A DNA stretch of 64,000 nt from Vitrella brassicaformis CCMP3155 (lineage: Eukaryota > Protista > Chromerida): assembly GCA_001179505.1 (NCBI GenBank), contig CDMY01000351.1, forward strand, positions 41,913 to 105,912. Reading direction: 5' to 3'. Position numbers and translations under genes: made by a program. Numbering within the stretch: the first letter of the stretch is position 1; every line of letters begins with the position of its first letter. This document shows positions 26,203 to 37,678 of this stretch, in pieces. Under the pieces are notes generated by a model that made no database searches, was not told the DNA's origin, and saw nothing but the letters and a program-made list of their open reading frames with translations.

Positions 26203-27547
26203 TCAGTCGAAGACGTACGGCGCCACCCGCGCCAATGTCGCACGCGCCAGCGCCGTTGTCATTGGGAAGCGGTCTTTGAAGGCATCGCTCTCACTCACAG
26301 GCGCCTCGGTCGTCACGACAGTTACATCCGCTGCGGCACACACAAGCGAGAGAGACAACACATATTGGTTCGGCGGATCTGCCTGTCTGCCTGCTTGTCT
26401 GTCTGTCTGTCTGTCTGTCTGTCGGCCTGCTTACCATTGTTGTTGCCCCAGGGGTCTTAAATGGAAATCCAGGCCAGGAAGAGATGTCTGTTGTCGGTGA
26501 GCACCAGCCATCGCATGTCGCCGTCGCCCATGCTCATCGTCATAGTGCATCCCGCCACTGGTGTGTGGGGCGACTGAAGCAGGAGGCCATCCAGGGGGTC
26601 GTCACCAACATCCCTGAAGAAACAAGAACCGACAGATGACTGACTACCCGCCTCTTGATTGATGGCATTCATTCATTGGTGCGTGTGGCCACCTGTTGAG
26701 TCTGATTTGTGTGTTGTTGGTCGGGTGAGACTGCTGGAAGTGGTCAAGGATCATCTCCTTGGCAAATGACGACACCGACGCAAAGGTGGCCTCAAACAAG
26801 GCCGCCCATCCGCCGACGCCACCGCCTACGTAGACAACGCGGCTGGCCACCGGCAGGTCATGCTCTAGCCTGTGCTGCTGATACAGATGACCGGCAGGCA
26901 GGGGCGGGTCGACCTCCAGCCGGAAGCCGGGCTCGTCCTTGATCGCCCGCAGCTCACCATCATTCTGCTGGAACAGCTGCAGGCAGCTGCCGTCACTGAA
27001 GTGGATGTGGAGGCCGACCATCTTGAGCTGCGCCAACACACGGGGAGCCGACACATACGTCTACACACACGACCACACAGACAGAGAGAATGAGGCCCTC
27101 TCTCTCCCCTCCCCGCCCCTCTGTTTGCTGGCTCACCGTCTTGTTTGTGTGTGTGTTGATGTCATCGGATGTGAGGATGACAGGCAGGTCACAGTTGCCG
27201 CACTGCCCCGCCAGCTCAATCACCTCGCCGATCTCATCCCATGGCCCCTCCTCCACCACACACACAGCCGCCAGCAGATCATGTGTGCCGAACTGGTCGT
27301 CGTCGAACCGCAGCAGCTGCACTTGCTGCCCATTCACCGCCCGCCGCAGCCCCGCCTGTGAGCCCAGCGAGTGGCCGAGCCTATCTCTCAGCTGGGCCGC
27401 TCCGAAGAGGTCTTTGAGCCACGTGCAGGTGGCCCTCAACCGCACGACGTCCTCTACGCTGAGCAGCCAGTAGGTGCGGCGGCCGACGAAGATGTACGAG
27501 AAGGGGTGCTGCTGCTGATGATGCTGTTGCTGATGCTGTTGCTGCAT
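26203..27547 (-). pseudogene. Lineage-expanded family member (poly-Q N-terminus, F-box-like start), copy 1, premature TAA
   Basis: Four exons: MQQQHQ...FSYIFVGRRTYWLLSVEDVVRLRATC...|YVSAPRVLAQLKMVG...|...LAWISI*DPW|...DRFPMTTALARATL...VFD-TGA. In-frame TAA at 26457-26459. Close paralog of 32159-33596. Confidence 0.7.
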
Positions 27548-27711
27548 CTGATGAAGAGATCAGCGGGAGAGAACACGCCGATGAAGAGCGACGATCATGG
27601 GAAGAACATCTACTTGATTTGGCAGATGTTTGCGTGAGGGACTTCGGATCGTCCGAGGGTTTGCAAACCCTCAAACCCGAACCCCGGCCCCACAAGGTCA
27701 TCGCGTCACCA

Positions 27712-28436
27712 ATGGTGTGTGGTTTCATAGTTGGTGAGATTATCGTGTTGGGCGGCGTCCTCCTGGCCGCAAACTTCATCCCGGACAAGACAGTGCGGAA
27801 GCTGCTGAAGGGATACGAGGCCTTCGTGACAGGTGACCGAGGGAACACACTGAGACCACCAAGCATGCCATTGGGCCACCATGCACTCGTCTCTGCCTTC
27901 GTTTGGCTGGTCTTCCTTCAGCCATCCAGGAAGAGAACGCCCGTGAGGCTGAGGGCGCCAACCAGGTCGAGGCCACGCAGGAAGGTAGGAGGGCAGAGAG
28001 GGGGCTGCGGTTGGTGGGTCACGCACACCCTTCTGTGTATGGGCTGTTTCCGTTGTGTCTTTCAGAGTCGCAGAAGGGCCAGGGCGAGGCCAACGAGGCC
28101 AACGAGGATGACGAGGAGGAGGGGGAGGAGGAGAACGAGCGGACAGGCCTGCTCACAGGAGGTGAGATGAGATGAGACGGAAGGAATGGCCACTAAGCAA
28201 AGGAACGCCCCCGTGTCTCTTTGTGTGTGTGTGTGACTCAGAGGCCAATGTGTGGCCCACAGGGGACTCGGAGCACGAGGGACCAGCGACATCAGGTAGG
28301 AGGGCTGCACATAGCCATGATGGGCGTCGGGAGTCCCTTCTCTGCATGAGCTGTCTGTCTTTGATGTGCCTTTCAGAGTCCCAGGAGAATGGACAGACAG
28401 ACGGTGAGATGAAAGACCGACCCGATTTCGTGCATG

Positions 28437-28472
<36 letters not shown>

Positions 28473-29933
28473 TGTGTCTGTGTGTAATCTTCAGAGCCTG
28501 AGTACAGAGAGCTCGTCTTCGTCGACCCGGTCCACTGGCACGACAAGGACATCGAAATGGAGAAGACCATCTAGAAATACAACCAGGAAAAGGTCACCAC
28601 ACCCAGACAACCGAAGCTCTTCACTCACTTCCCCACCTGTCTTCTACTTTTGTCCATGCGGTCTCTCTCTCCCTCTCCGTGTGTTGTGTGTGTGTGTGCG
28701 TGTGTAGTTGGAGTACTACGCTCGTGCGGAGGAGCGCCGCCTGTGCCTCGAGCGGCAAATCGAGGTGAACCGGTTTGAGATGAATTGGATGTACTGCATA
28801 GTCGACCGGGAGAACACCGAACTGAAGAACCAGATCATCGACAAGGACCGCAAGATCCGGGAGCTGGAGCAGATGGGCGACGACAAAGCCAAGGTACTGC
28901 ACTGCAGACCACAGACGGACGAAGTCGTCTGTATGTCCGTTGGTTTGTGTGGGTGTCTTGTGTCTGTCCACCTTCAGGAATGCAGTCTGCTGCTGCTGCA
29001 GAACACTTCACTGGTGCAGGCGGTGGTACGCAATGGATGCATCGACATGAGTGCTCTTCCGCTCACCGACATCGTCTGCCCGTCTGTGTGCCGCAGGGAG
29101 AGCTCCTGTTGCGATCGCAGCCCACAGCCGCGTACACCGACATGGACACAGGCGACATCCCAGGTAGATTCTTTCTCGAGAGAGAGAGACATGGCCCTCT
29201 TTCACCTCTGTCCTCTGTGTGTAGGGCCCTCGGCTTCAGGTGGCTGTGAGACTGAGAAGGCAAAGAGCGTGTGTGGGAAGGAAGAGGCCGCTACTCAGCT
29301 GCAGGGTGGGCGGCAAAATGGCACGAGGCACTCACTCCTCATTGCTCATTGCTCATGTGTCTCCTTTGTCTGTCTGCTGTGCTGCGTGTCGGCAGCATCG
29401 GAGGCCTTGACAGGGACGGCCGGCACCAAATCCAACAGCACAGGTACGAACACACTGCTAACAACACACACACAAACACACAGCACGAGAGAAAACTGAC
29501 GGAGACCTTTCCAATTCTCTCCTTTTTTGCTTCTCATTGCAGGGCCGATGCGGCCAGCGCCGAGTGAGATCGAGGGCACCGGCCTGGTGCGTCTCAGCGG
29601 CAAGACGGACTACGTGCAGAGAGGTATGTGCAAAGCTTATAAGAGAGACTCATGTCTCAGCCTGTTTGGTGTACTGTGTGTCGGCAGAGTTTGAGCCATC
29701 GACAGGGGACGGCATCCGGAAGGCCAAGAAAGTCGTCAACGTGGGCGTGACGGCTGACAACAACTGCAACACCAGTACGGACACCCCCACTTCACATCCA
29801 TAGCTGACGCCGCGCGTTTCTCCTGCATGTCTCTTGTGTGTCTGTGTGCAGCGGCCAGCGCTTCATCATCCTCGGCCCCATCTGCTGCTGCTGCCCTAGA
29901 TCACACTGAGGATGAGCAGCGCCAAGGTGTGTG
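27712..29933 (+). CDS. N-terminal TM-anchored, acidic, coiled-coil protein with one in-frame TAG (probable pseudogene)
   Basis: MVCGFIVGEIIVLGGVLLAANF... (hydrophobic), acidic exons, EPEYRELVFVDPVHWHDKDIEMEKTI*KYNQEK|LEYYARAEERRLCLERQIE...ENTELKNQIIDKDRKIRELEQM. TAG at 28572-28574 lies inside a phase-consistent exon. Confidence 0.55.
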
Positions 29934-30600
29934 AATGCACAGAGAGTGAGGGCAAGATGGCCAGTCAGTCAGTCATTTCAGTTGTCAGCATCGTGGCTGC
30001 TGCGCTGCCTTGTCTGCAGAGATCACGCCCAAAGCCGAGACCCGCAGCTGCCGCAAGAGGATCTCGAATGTGGGCATGAAGTCGTCACGTGGCCGCGAGT
30101 GACTATCAAGACCATGTCTGTGGGATGTGGGTGGTAGTGAGTGTGGTGTGGTGCAGGGAGGGAGAGAGGGGCCGTCGGTCGTATTTTCTCAGTTTGTCTT
30201 TGTGGCCAATTTTGCTCTGTCTGGCTTGGGGCACTGTTCTCTAGGTATAGCTTTGCCCTGCACGGAGCGATAAGATGAGCGTACGAACACGTGTGTCGTG
30301 TCGAGTTGGTCTGTATAACCGACCCGTACGTTGATTGATGCTCATCGATGTATTCATCCATCTGTCTACATCAGTATCTGCTGTCCGTCTGCAATGCACA
30401 CACATGCGTCTATCGAGAGCCATCCATCCACATGCACCCCCCGGCACCCTCACCCACTCCCATCCCCATCCATCCATCCAGACAGACAGACAGACAGAGC
30501 ACCCACCCATGGCTGCGTCTATCTACAACCCTCCCTCTCTCTATCTACAACCCTCCCTCTCTCCCTCCCTCCCCTCTGGCCTCTATCCTACTAGGGCAGT

Positions 30601-30721
30601 CTATGTGTAGCGCCGCAGGATCAGGATGAGGTGGATTATGGCGCCATCCTGCATGTCGTAGTCCGACACCGTACGACACTTCTCGAGCTCTCTGCAGATA
30701 GAAAGACGGACAGCCAGTCAG

Positions 30722-30758
<37 letters not shown>

Positions 30759-31911
30759 AGTGACGTGCGTGTTCATTTAGTTATTACGTGCCGCAGAAGA
30801 GCAGCCGCTGCTTGACGACCGGGATGCCCTCCGCAAGTCGCACGCCGTACTTGAGGTCCTCTACCGTGGCGTCTGGGCGGGCCCACAGCTCGATGGTTTT
30901 GCCCGTGATGGTCTGGCGCACACCTTGATGAATCTACTGAACTCCTCGCTGCAGCCGAGCAAACACAGACAGACCCAAAAGAGAGAGACGGAATGAGAGT
31001 GCTGAGTGCTGTAAGCGCCACACGCACCAAGTGGGCGGCTGTGTGAGGACATAGTTGTCCTGGTGGCGGCTACCTCCCCACCACTGCAGGCACACCATCC
31101 CCAAGGGCCACACAAAAGCCACCGTACAGCCCATTAGGGCATCCACCCATCTGTCTAGTCACTCACTCAGTCACTCACTCACCAGTAGCTGTGTGTGTAG
31201 GGGCGGCCGTATAGCTCTGCAAACTTGTCTAAGGCGGCCTGCCGGCGGCGCATCTTCAACTCGTCGCTGTCGTACTCGCCCATCGCTTCACTGCACGCAC
31301 GTTAGCAAACACACACACAGAGAAACACACACACACACAGAACACCGCAATGCGCGCTCTGTGGTCTGTTTGTGGTGCTCTGTCTGTGTGTGCGTACTGT
31401 GGAATGACGGGTTCGATGCCGACGATGCGCGAGAGCGACATGTACAGCACCGGATCGACCAGCACTGAGTGCCACACCTCGTCGATGTGGGGCGGCACCG
31501 ACAGGCGGCAGCTGCGGTCGTTCTCCACACCCTTCTGCACACACACATCACACACAACCACACCCAACAGCAACAAACAGACCATTTGCGCAGCCGCTTG
31601 TGTGCTGATTCATGCATTCATCGTACTACCAGCATCATGAAGAGGAGGAAGTCCCTCACAGCCACTGCAGGCTAAGCCAGGCCATCTTGCGTGAGGCGGT
31701 AGATGACCTCGTGCCACTTGAGCACCATGAGCTCCTCCCAACGACCCACCAGATGCTGTCAAAGGACACACACGGCGCACACAAGCCGCAGATCTCAGCC
31801 ATCTTTCCTCTTCTCCGGTGTGCCACCTCGTGTGTGGAAAGCGATGAGTGCGGTTCTGGCTGGGCTCACCTCTGGTAGGTCATGCTCGAGGGGCGCCACA
31901 CGCCCAGCCAT
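30601..31911 (-). pseudogene. GRDP/DUF1399-like domain fused to a C-terminal ubiquitin-like domain lacking diglycine, with in-frame TAG
   Basis: MAGRVAPLEHDLPE|HLVGRWEELMVLKWHEV...GLA*PAVAVRDFLLFMML|KGVENDRSCRLSVPPHIDEVWHSVL...|...ELYGRPYTHSY, then QTITGKTIELW...TVEDLK...EGIPVVKQRLLFCGT|ELEKCRTVSDYDMQDGAIIHLILILRRYT-TAG. Internal TAG at 31672-31674. The splice or frame entering the UBL is ambiguous. Confidence 0.7.
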
Positions 31912-32158
31912 CGCTCCCCTTCCTGAACGATCGCATATGCGAGCTCAAAGGTGAGGGAGGAAAGATGGCGGCCTCCTCATCTGCCGCTGATGATGGTGGT
32001 GGTGGTGCATTCAGTTCTCTGCCTGCTGATCTGTCCCTCTGATCATCGAACGAGGTGAGCAGCACACAGACCAATGAGCAGCATGCTTGATGCACACGAT
32101 CCTCTGTCGGCTCTGTCGCTCTGTGCAGGCTGTCGTCGAGCACATCATAGCTACCCAG

Positions 32159-33596
32159 ATGCAGCAACCAGAGCAGCAGCAGCAGCAGCACCCCTTCTCG
32201 AATATCTTCGTCGGCCGCCGCACCTTCTACCTCTTCAGCAGCATCAAGGACATCGTGCGGCTGAGGGCCACCTGCACCTGGCTGAGCAGAGATCTCTTCG
32301 GAGCGGCCCAGCTGAGAGATCGGCTTCGCCACTCTGTCGGCTCACAGGCGGGGCTGCGGCGGGCGGTGAATGGGCGGCAAGTGCAGCTGCTGCGGTTCGA
32401 CGACGACCAGTTCGGCACCCATGATCTGCTGGCGGCTGTGTGTGTGGTGGAGGAGGGGCCATGGGTGGAGATGGCCGAGGTGGTTGAGCTGGCGGGGCAG
32501 TGCGGCAACTGTGACCTGCCTGTCATCCTCACGTCCGATGACATCAACACACACACAAACAAAACGGTGAGCCAGCAAACAGAGGGGCGGGGAGGGGAGG
32601 GAGAGGGCCTCATTCTCTCTGTCTGTGTGTGTGGTCGTGTGTGTAGGCGTATGTGTCGGCTCCCCGTGTGTTGGCGCAGCTCAAGATGGTCGGCCCCAAC
32701 ATCCAGTTCGATTCGGACTACAGCCTGCAGCTGTTCCACCACAATGGTGAGGTGTGGGCCATCATCGACGAGCCCGGCTTCTGGCTGGAGGTCGACCCGC
32801 ACCTCCCTGCCGACCTCCTGTACCAGCAGCACAGGCAGCCACACGACCCACCGGTGCGTGAGGGCATCTACTACTGGGGCCATGACGGCAGATGGGTGTC
32901 GGGCCGTGGCCTGTTCACCCATGCGTCAGTGTCGTCATTTGCCAAGTACATGGTCCTCGACTACTTCAAGGAGACTCATAAGACCAACGTCACATCGATA
33001 GACCTGAACAGATGACAACACACCGACGGCACTGAAGGCAAGAGGGGTGCGTCGTTGACTGTGTGTGTGCGTGTGGTTGGTTCAGGTATGTTGGTGGCGG
33101 CCGTCTGGACGACCTGCTGACCGAGTCGCCCCACACACCAGTGACCGGATGCACGACCACAATCAGCTGGGGCGCTGTTCAGCGACGGCTGGTACTCACC
33201 GACAGCAGCCACTCCTTCGTCGCATGGATTTTCATCACCGGATACCCAAACAGCACCGGTTAGAGTGACAGAGAGGAATCGCTGCTGGTCATACGTCGCG
33301 TGTTCTTCTTCCCCTTGTCTGCAGTGCGTGTGCGTGTCGACACCACTGAGGCGGCTGTGTGTGAGAGCGGTCCCTTCAAGCGCCGCTTCCCGGTGACCAC
33401 TCAGCTGGCTCGTGTGGCGTTGGGGGCGGTGGCGCCATACGTCTTCGACGGACAAGTACAGCAGCAGCAGCAGCAACAGGATGACGATGACGATGACGAC
33501 CGTACGGGCACACACACACATGGATTGATGGATGGATGGATGATGGCCCTTCTCTCTGTGTGTGTGGTCTGCAAATGCCGACGAGGGCGGCGATGA
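32159..33596 (+). CDS. Lineage-expanded family member, copy 2 (inverted relative to copy 1), second donor reads AT instead of GT
   Basis: MQQPEQQQQQHPFSNIFVGRRTFYLFSSIKDIVRLRATC... with the same exon structure as 26203-27547. At the intron-2 donor the sequence is AG|ATGAC (33012) where copy 1 has AG|GTGGC. Confidence 0.7.
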
Positions 33597-35179
33597 GAGT
33601 GACGATATGGACGAGGGCAGCGGAGAGGGCAGCGAGGGTATAGGGAGGGCCGCATAGAGGCCCTCACGTCGGACCTGCATGATTTTCATTTGCGTGTGTA
33701 TCCTGTGCCTTCGACAGGTGAGGATGCCGCAGCTGAGGCGGAGAGCGGCGACTGATCGATCAGTCAACACTAGTAGGTGAGCAGCGATTCACATCCTCTA
33801 TCGCCATGTGGCTGGATCCTGGCTGGTACGTGTGTGTGTGTGTTGTCAGGAGGGTATCGCTCTTAAGCGCTGGCTGTCGTCATCTCTGTCGCCGATCTGT
33901 GTGTACGCGAGACGACCATATCGATCACTCTGTCGACAGACAGACCAGCTGCTGCTGATGGGTGACGGAATGGCTTGCTGTTGTGGTGAAAGGTTTCGTG
34001 CCTCTAATGCACGAGTCACTTCAGTCGGTCTGGGGCTTGTCCTTTTTGCCCATGCGTCGCTCTTCTATATGCGCGGCCCTCCCTCCCTCCCTCTGTCTGT
34101 GTGTGTGTATGTGTCTTCTCGTCCTCATGGCTCGCGGCCTGTCCGTGTGGGTGTGGGCGGTAAGCGCGTCTCGGCCGATTTTGATGTGATGTGTGGCTGC
34201 CTGGCTGACTCATCTACTGGCCAGACCTCTCCCTCTCAATCACTGTATGCGTGGTGGAGTGCGTCTGCCTGTGTGTGTGCTGTGACGGACCTGCCTGGAG
34301 TGAACTGACATTTGCACCCTTCCCTTAATTTTGTGTCCGTTACTCACTTAATTAAGGGTGTGTGTAAGCTGTGTGTCTAAGCTGTGGGCGGACGGACACC
34401 TATGGCCGGCCACACACATGAAAGAAAATGAAAATGACAAGAGTACAGGCAGGTGAACATCGACCCAGTGGTCTATCCCATCCTCTCATCTCATCTCATG
34501 CTGGACCCAGATGCTTCTCTGCCCTCCCGATTCTCCCTCCGTCTAATCTCCGTCTACACCACCGTCGCCTCTCGCAATCATCACCATCACATTTGTCTGT
34601 CGGCCTGCGCCATGATGCTCCACTGCAACATGATGAGCTGCGATGTCTCACGCACACACTGGATGAAGAATAGCATTCACACGCATCAAGCCATCCACAC
34701 ACGGTCTGCGATGTCCCCACCCCACCATCTCATCTGGCCATGGAAGTGCTTGCCCAGAAATCGGCCCTTCCTCTCCTGCCTCCCTAAGCCTCTGCATCGC
34801 CTCTGCCTCGGGAGGCCACAGAGCGTGCATTGGGATCCGAGATAGAAATAGCGAGAGAGGGGCGGGAAGGGGGAGAGCCAGAGCCAACCGCCAAAGGGCT
34901 CTAACGATAGAAGCCATGATAGACCTGCACGGTCGCAGCGGATAGCAGAGAGGCCCATACAGCAATGAAAGCCTCTCGCCCTTAATTTCGATGCCTCTCG
35001 GATCGCTGGCTGCATCACGAGCTTCCCCAGGCTGTCTTTGGCGAGAGAGGGGTCCGAGTGGGAAAGAGGTGCCGGCCCTTCATGACCCGCTGAGCATCCT
35101 CTTCCACTCCTCAGAAACGCCAAACTGGTGACTGCCGCCTCTCTCCTTCAGCATGGACCCGCCAGAACGTACAGGCAAA

Positions 35180-35877
35180 CTACATTTTAACATCTGACGT
35201 CGTCTGTCTCCCGCGGACCGATGCGGGCCGGTTCTCTTGCCACTGCTGAACCGCCCTTAGTTCTTCGTCTGTCAGACGCTTGCGCCACGTCCCCCAGCCC
35301 ATAAACCCGCAGATGATCTCCTGCACACACACACGCACACACACACACACATACAGGGGGTAATTAATCGGTTGGCAGGTCGCTGTCTCTCTCTCTGGCT
35401 GTCTGTGTGTGTGGCTGTCTGATTTACCATCGCACAGCAGAAGTCGTCTTGGGGCATGCTCAGGCAGATCGACCCGCCGATATACCCTCCCATGAAGTTG
35501 TGCTCAGCTGATGGATGTCACACACAAACAAATTCAGAGAGAGAAAGGCAGAGAAGACTGACAAGCTTGACGATGCGCGCCAGTCGAACCAATCCCCCAC
35601 CGCCGCCACATAGATCCCTACGTTTGCTGATCTCGTCCACCAGGCCCTTGTAGAATTCGGCGAAGGTTCGGTCATCTTTGCAGCACTTATTGTATGCGTC
35701 GAACATCACACGCAGCTTGTAATCCACCAGCTGCCAGCACACACGCACCGCACCAACAGATGGATCCCCTCACTGAGTGTCTGTCTACTCACACCCACCC
35801 GATCCAGGGGCCGCCTCTCGACTATCTCTCCCAACGCCTCAACCTGCTGGTGCATGTGGTAGTCACACGTGCGCCTG

Positions 35878-35921
<44 letters not shown>

Positions 35922-36429
35922 CCATGTGCACTCCCTGTCGACGGCTGTCATGCAGCATACACACATACTGGTATGTCCAGCCCTTCTCAAAGCCGCTTTT
36001 GAAGAGTGCCTGGCCGGCGTAGTTTTCGGAAAAAATGGTCACAGGGCGGAACTTGTGGTTCTCGCTAAGCCACTCGTAGATGAAGATGTCTATGAGCTCA
36101 TCCTTGTGCAGAATCAGGTTCTGGTAAGACGTCACACCCTGGTCTCGGTCCTCGGAATACCATTGATCGACCGACCCTGCTGTCTCTCCTTCTGTCTTCC
36201 GGCTCATTACCTTGGCTTGACGCCCCGGAATACGACGCAGCGGGCGGGCCACGCGAGCCATGACATGTAGCCGCACATCGGTGTTTGTTGGCTGTCCGAG
36301 AGCGCGAGAGCGGAGAGGCGACAGGAAGCTGACGATGCTGCTTGAGGGGCGGAAGGCGAGAACCGTCAGCGGAAACACCAGCAGCAGTACGTTGCCAACA
36401 GCCTGGATGCTGTTAAACAAGGTCTGCAT
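35180..36429 (-). CDS. Conserved-looking hypothetical protein with bipartite (signal + transit) plastid-targeting leader
   Basis: MQTLFNSIQAVGNVLLLVFPLTVLA-FRPSSSIVSFLSPLRSRAL... then ELIDIFIYEWLSENHKFRPVTIFSENYAGQALFKSGFEKGWTY, LVDYKLRVMFDAYNKCCKDDRTFAEFY, MGGYIGGSICLSMPQDDFCCAM|EIICGFMGWGTWRKRL...KM-TAG. Family not recognised. Confidence 0.65.
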
Positions 36430-36445
36430 TGTCCAAGCTGTGAGG

Positions 36446-36630
36446 CAGATGACGTCGTGCCATTTGAGCACCATAAGATCCTCTCAACGACCCGCCAGAT
36501 GCTGTCAATCAAAGGACACACACGACCATCTTCCCTCTTCTCCGTGAGTGATGAGTGCAGTGTTCGGGCTCACCTCTGCCAGGTCATGCTCGACAGGCAC
36601 CACACGCTGAGACCGTCCAGCCATCGCACA
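36446..36630 (-). pseudogene. 5' fragment (two exons plus intron) of a paralog of the GRDP-UBL gene
   Basis: Homologous to ~31700-31915, including the GTGAGC...GACAG intron. Reads VEHDLAE|HLAGR*EDLMVLKWHDVI versus LEHDLPE|HLVGRWEELMVLKWHEVI. Confidence 0.75.
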
Positions 36631-36794
36631 CGCGGACACACGGAAGGAAGTGACGATCGCTGCGAACTTAAAGGCGAGGAGAGCACATTTTCTCTGATCT
36701 GGTCATCTGAGCATCCAGGACGATGAGGTACTCGAAGATCTGTAAGCACCAAGTTTGAGGACTCATCCCGGTGCTGCTGCTCCATGGTCCTTCC

Positions 36795-37510
36795 ATGCGC
36801 CTCATGACGTTTGCGGTCGTCGCCGCTCTCTCCCTGGTAGCAGCAGCGACGGCGGCAGTGTCGTCGTCTGCCTCACCATCGGCATTCCTCACACCACTCG
36901 CCCAGAGAGGCGGCATCACCGCTAAGCCGAATGGACGCCTTCGGATGCGCCAGCACCCTCTCCATGCCGTCACGCAGCGATTCACGCTTGAACGCGGCGC
37001 TGAGGCCTTCGATGACATATCCGCAATAGCGGTAAGGGAGGAGATCTGCAGTGTAGCCTCTCTCTTTGAGTGTGTGTGTTGGTGTGTGTGTTTGTGTGTG
37101 TGTGCACAGAAACGCATAAAGGGCAAGGTCGGCCCGCCTCCGACCGACGAGGAGCTTTTGCAGTGGTTGGCTGACACCGAGGCCATCCTGATCCAAATCA
37201 TGCAGGGCAAGAGGTAAGTGCTGTGCGTCAGTAATTTGTGCGCGCACGTGGGTCTGTCTCGTTGCTGCTTGCAGACCGCCTGGTTCAGACAGGGATGCCG
37301 AGACTTTCGTAGTGGGGGTGTCTGCCTTCTGTGAGCAACTACTAGTTGCGTGTGTGCCTTGATCGATCTGCACATACCAACAGAGGCCGGATGGATCCAC
37401 TCATTGTCTGTCTGCCTGCCTGCCTGCCATCTCTCTCTGTGTGTGTGTCATGCACGCGCCGCACGTGTGGTTTAGATATGAACTGTCTTATCAAGTGTGG
37501 AAAGAGAGGT

Positions 37511-37544
<34 letters not shown>

Positions 37545-37678
37545 GACGGGATGTGTGTGTGTGTGTTTCTCCAGAGTTGGATTACTCGTTTAGACCGAAG
37601 GTCGCTGCATTCGCATGGGATACCACGGACCCACTGGCGACAGCGATCGAGAATCGCCTCAAGCCGCGTGTTGATTGA
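36795..37678 (+). CDS. Small hypothetical protein with bipartite plastid-targeting leader
   Basis: MRLMTFAVVAALSLVAAATAAVSSSASPSAFLTPLAQRGG... (signal peptide, SAF motif, basic transit-like region). Exons KRIKGKVGPPPTDEELLQWLADTEAILIQIM and ELDYSFRPKVAAFAWDTTDPLATAIENRLKPRVD-TGA. The middle exon is uncertain. Confidence 0.65.

Noticed and set aside
24684-31674. Ciliate-type genetic code (TAA/TAG = Gln), suggested by several stops at Gln-like positions
   Set aside because: Long intact exons (e.g. 788 codons at 15273-17639, 567 at 10513-12216) have many CAR Gln codons and no in-frame TAR, and the nuclease gene also carries an independent frameshift. Pseudogenisation is simpler.
33600-35150. 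Coding or transposon content in the 33.6-35.1 kb and 46.7-47.9 kb intervals
   Set aside because: No transposase, RT or integrase motifs, no terminal repeats and no convincing spliced frame found by eye.
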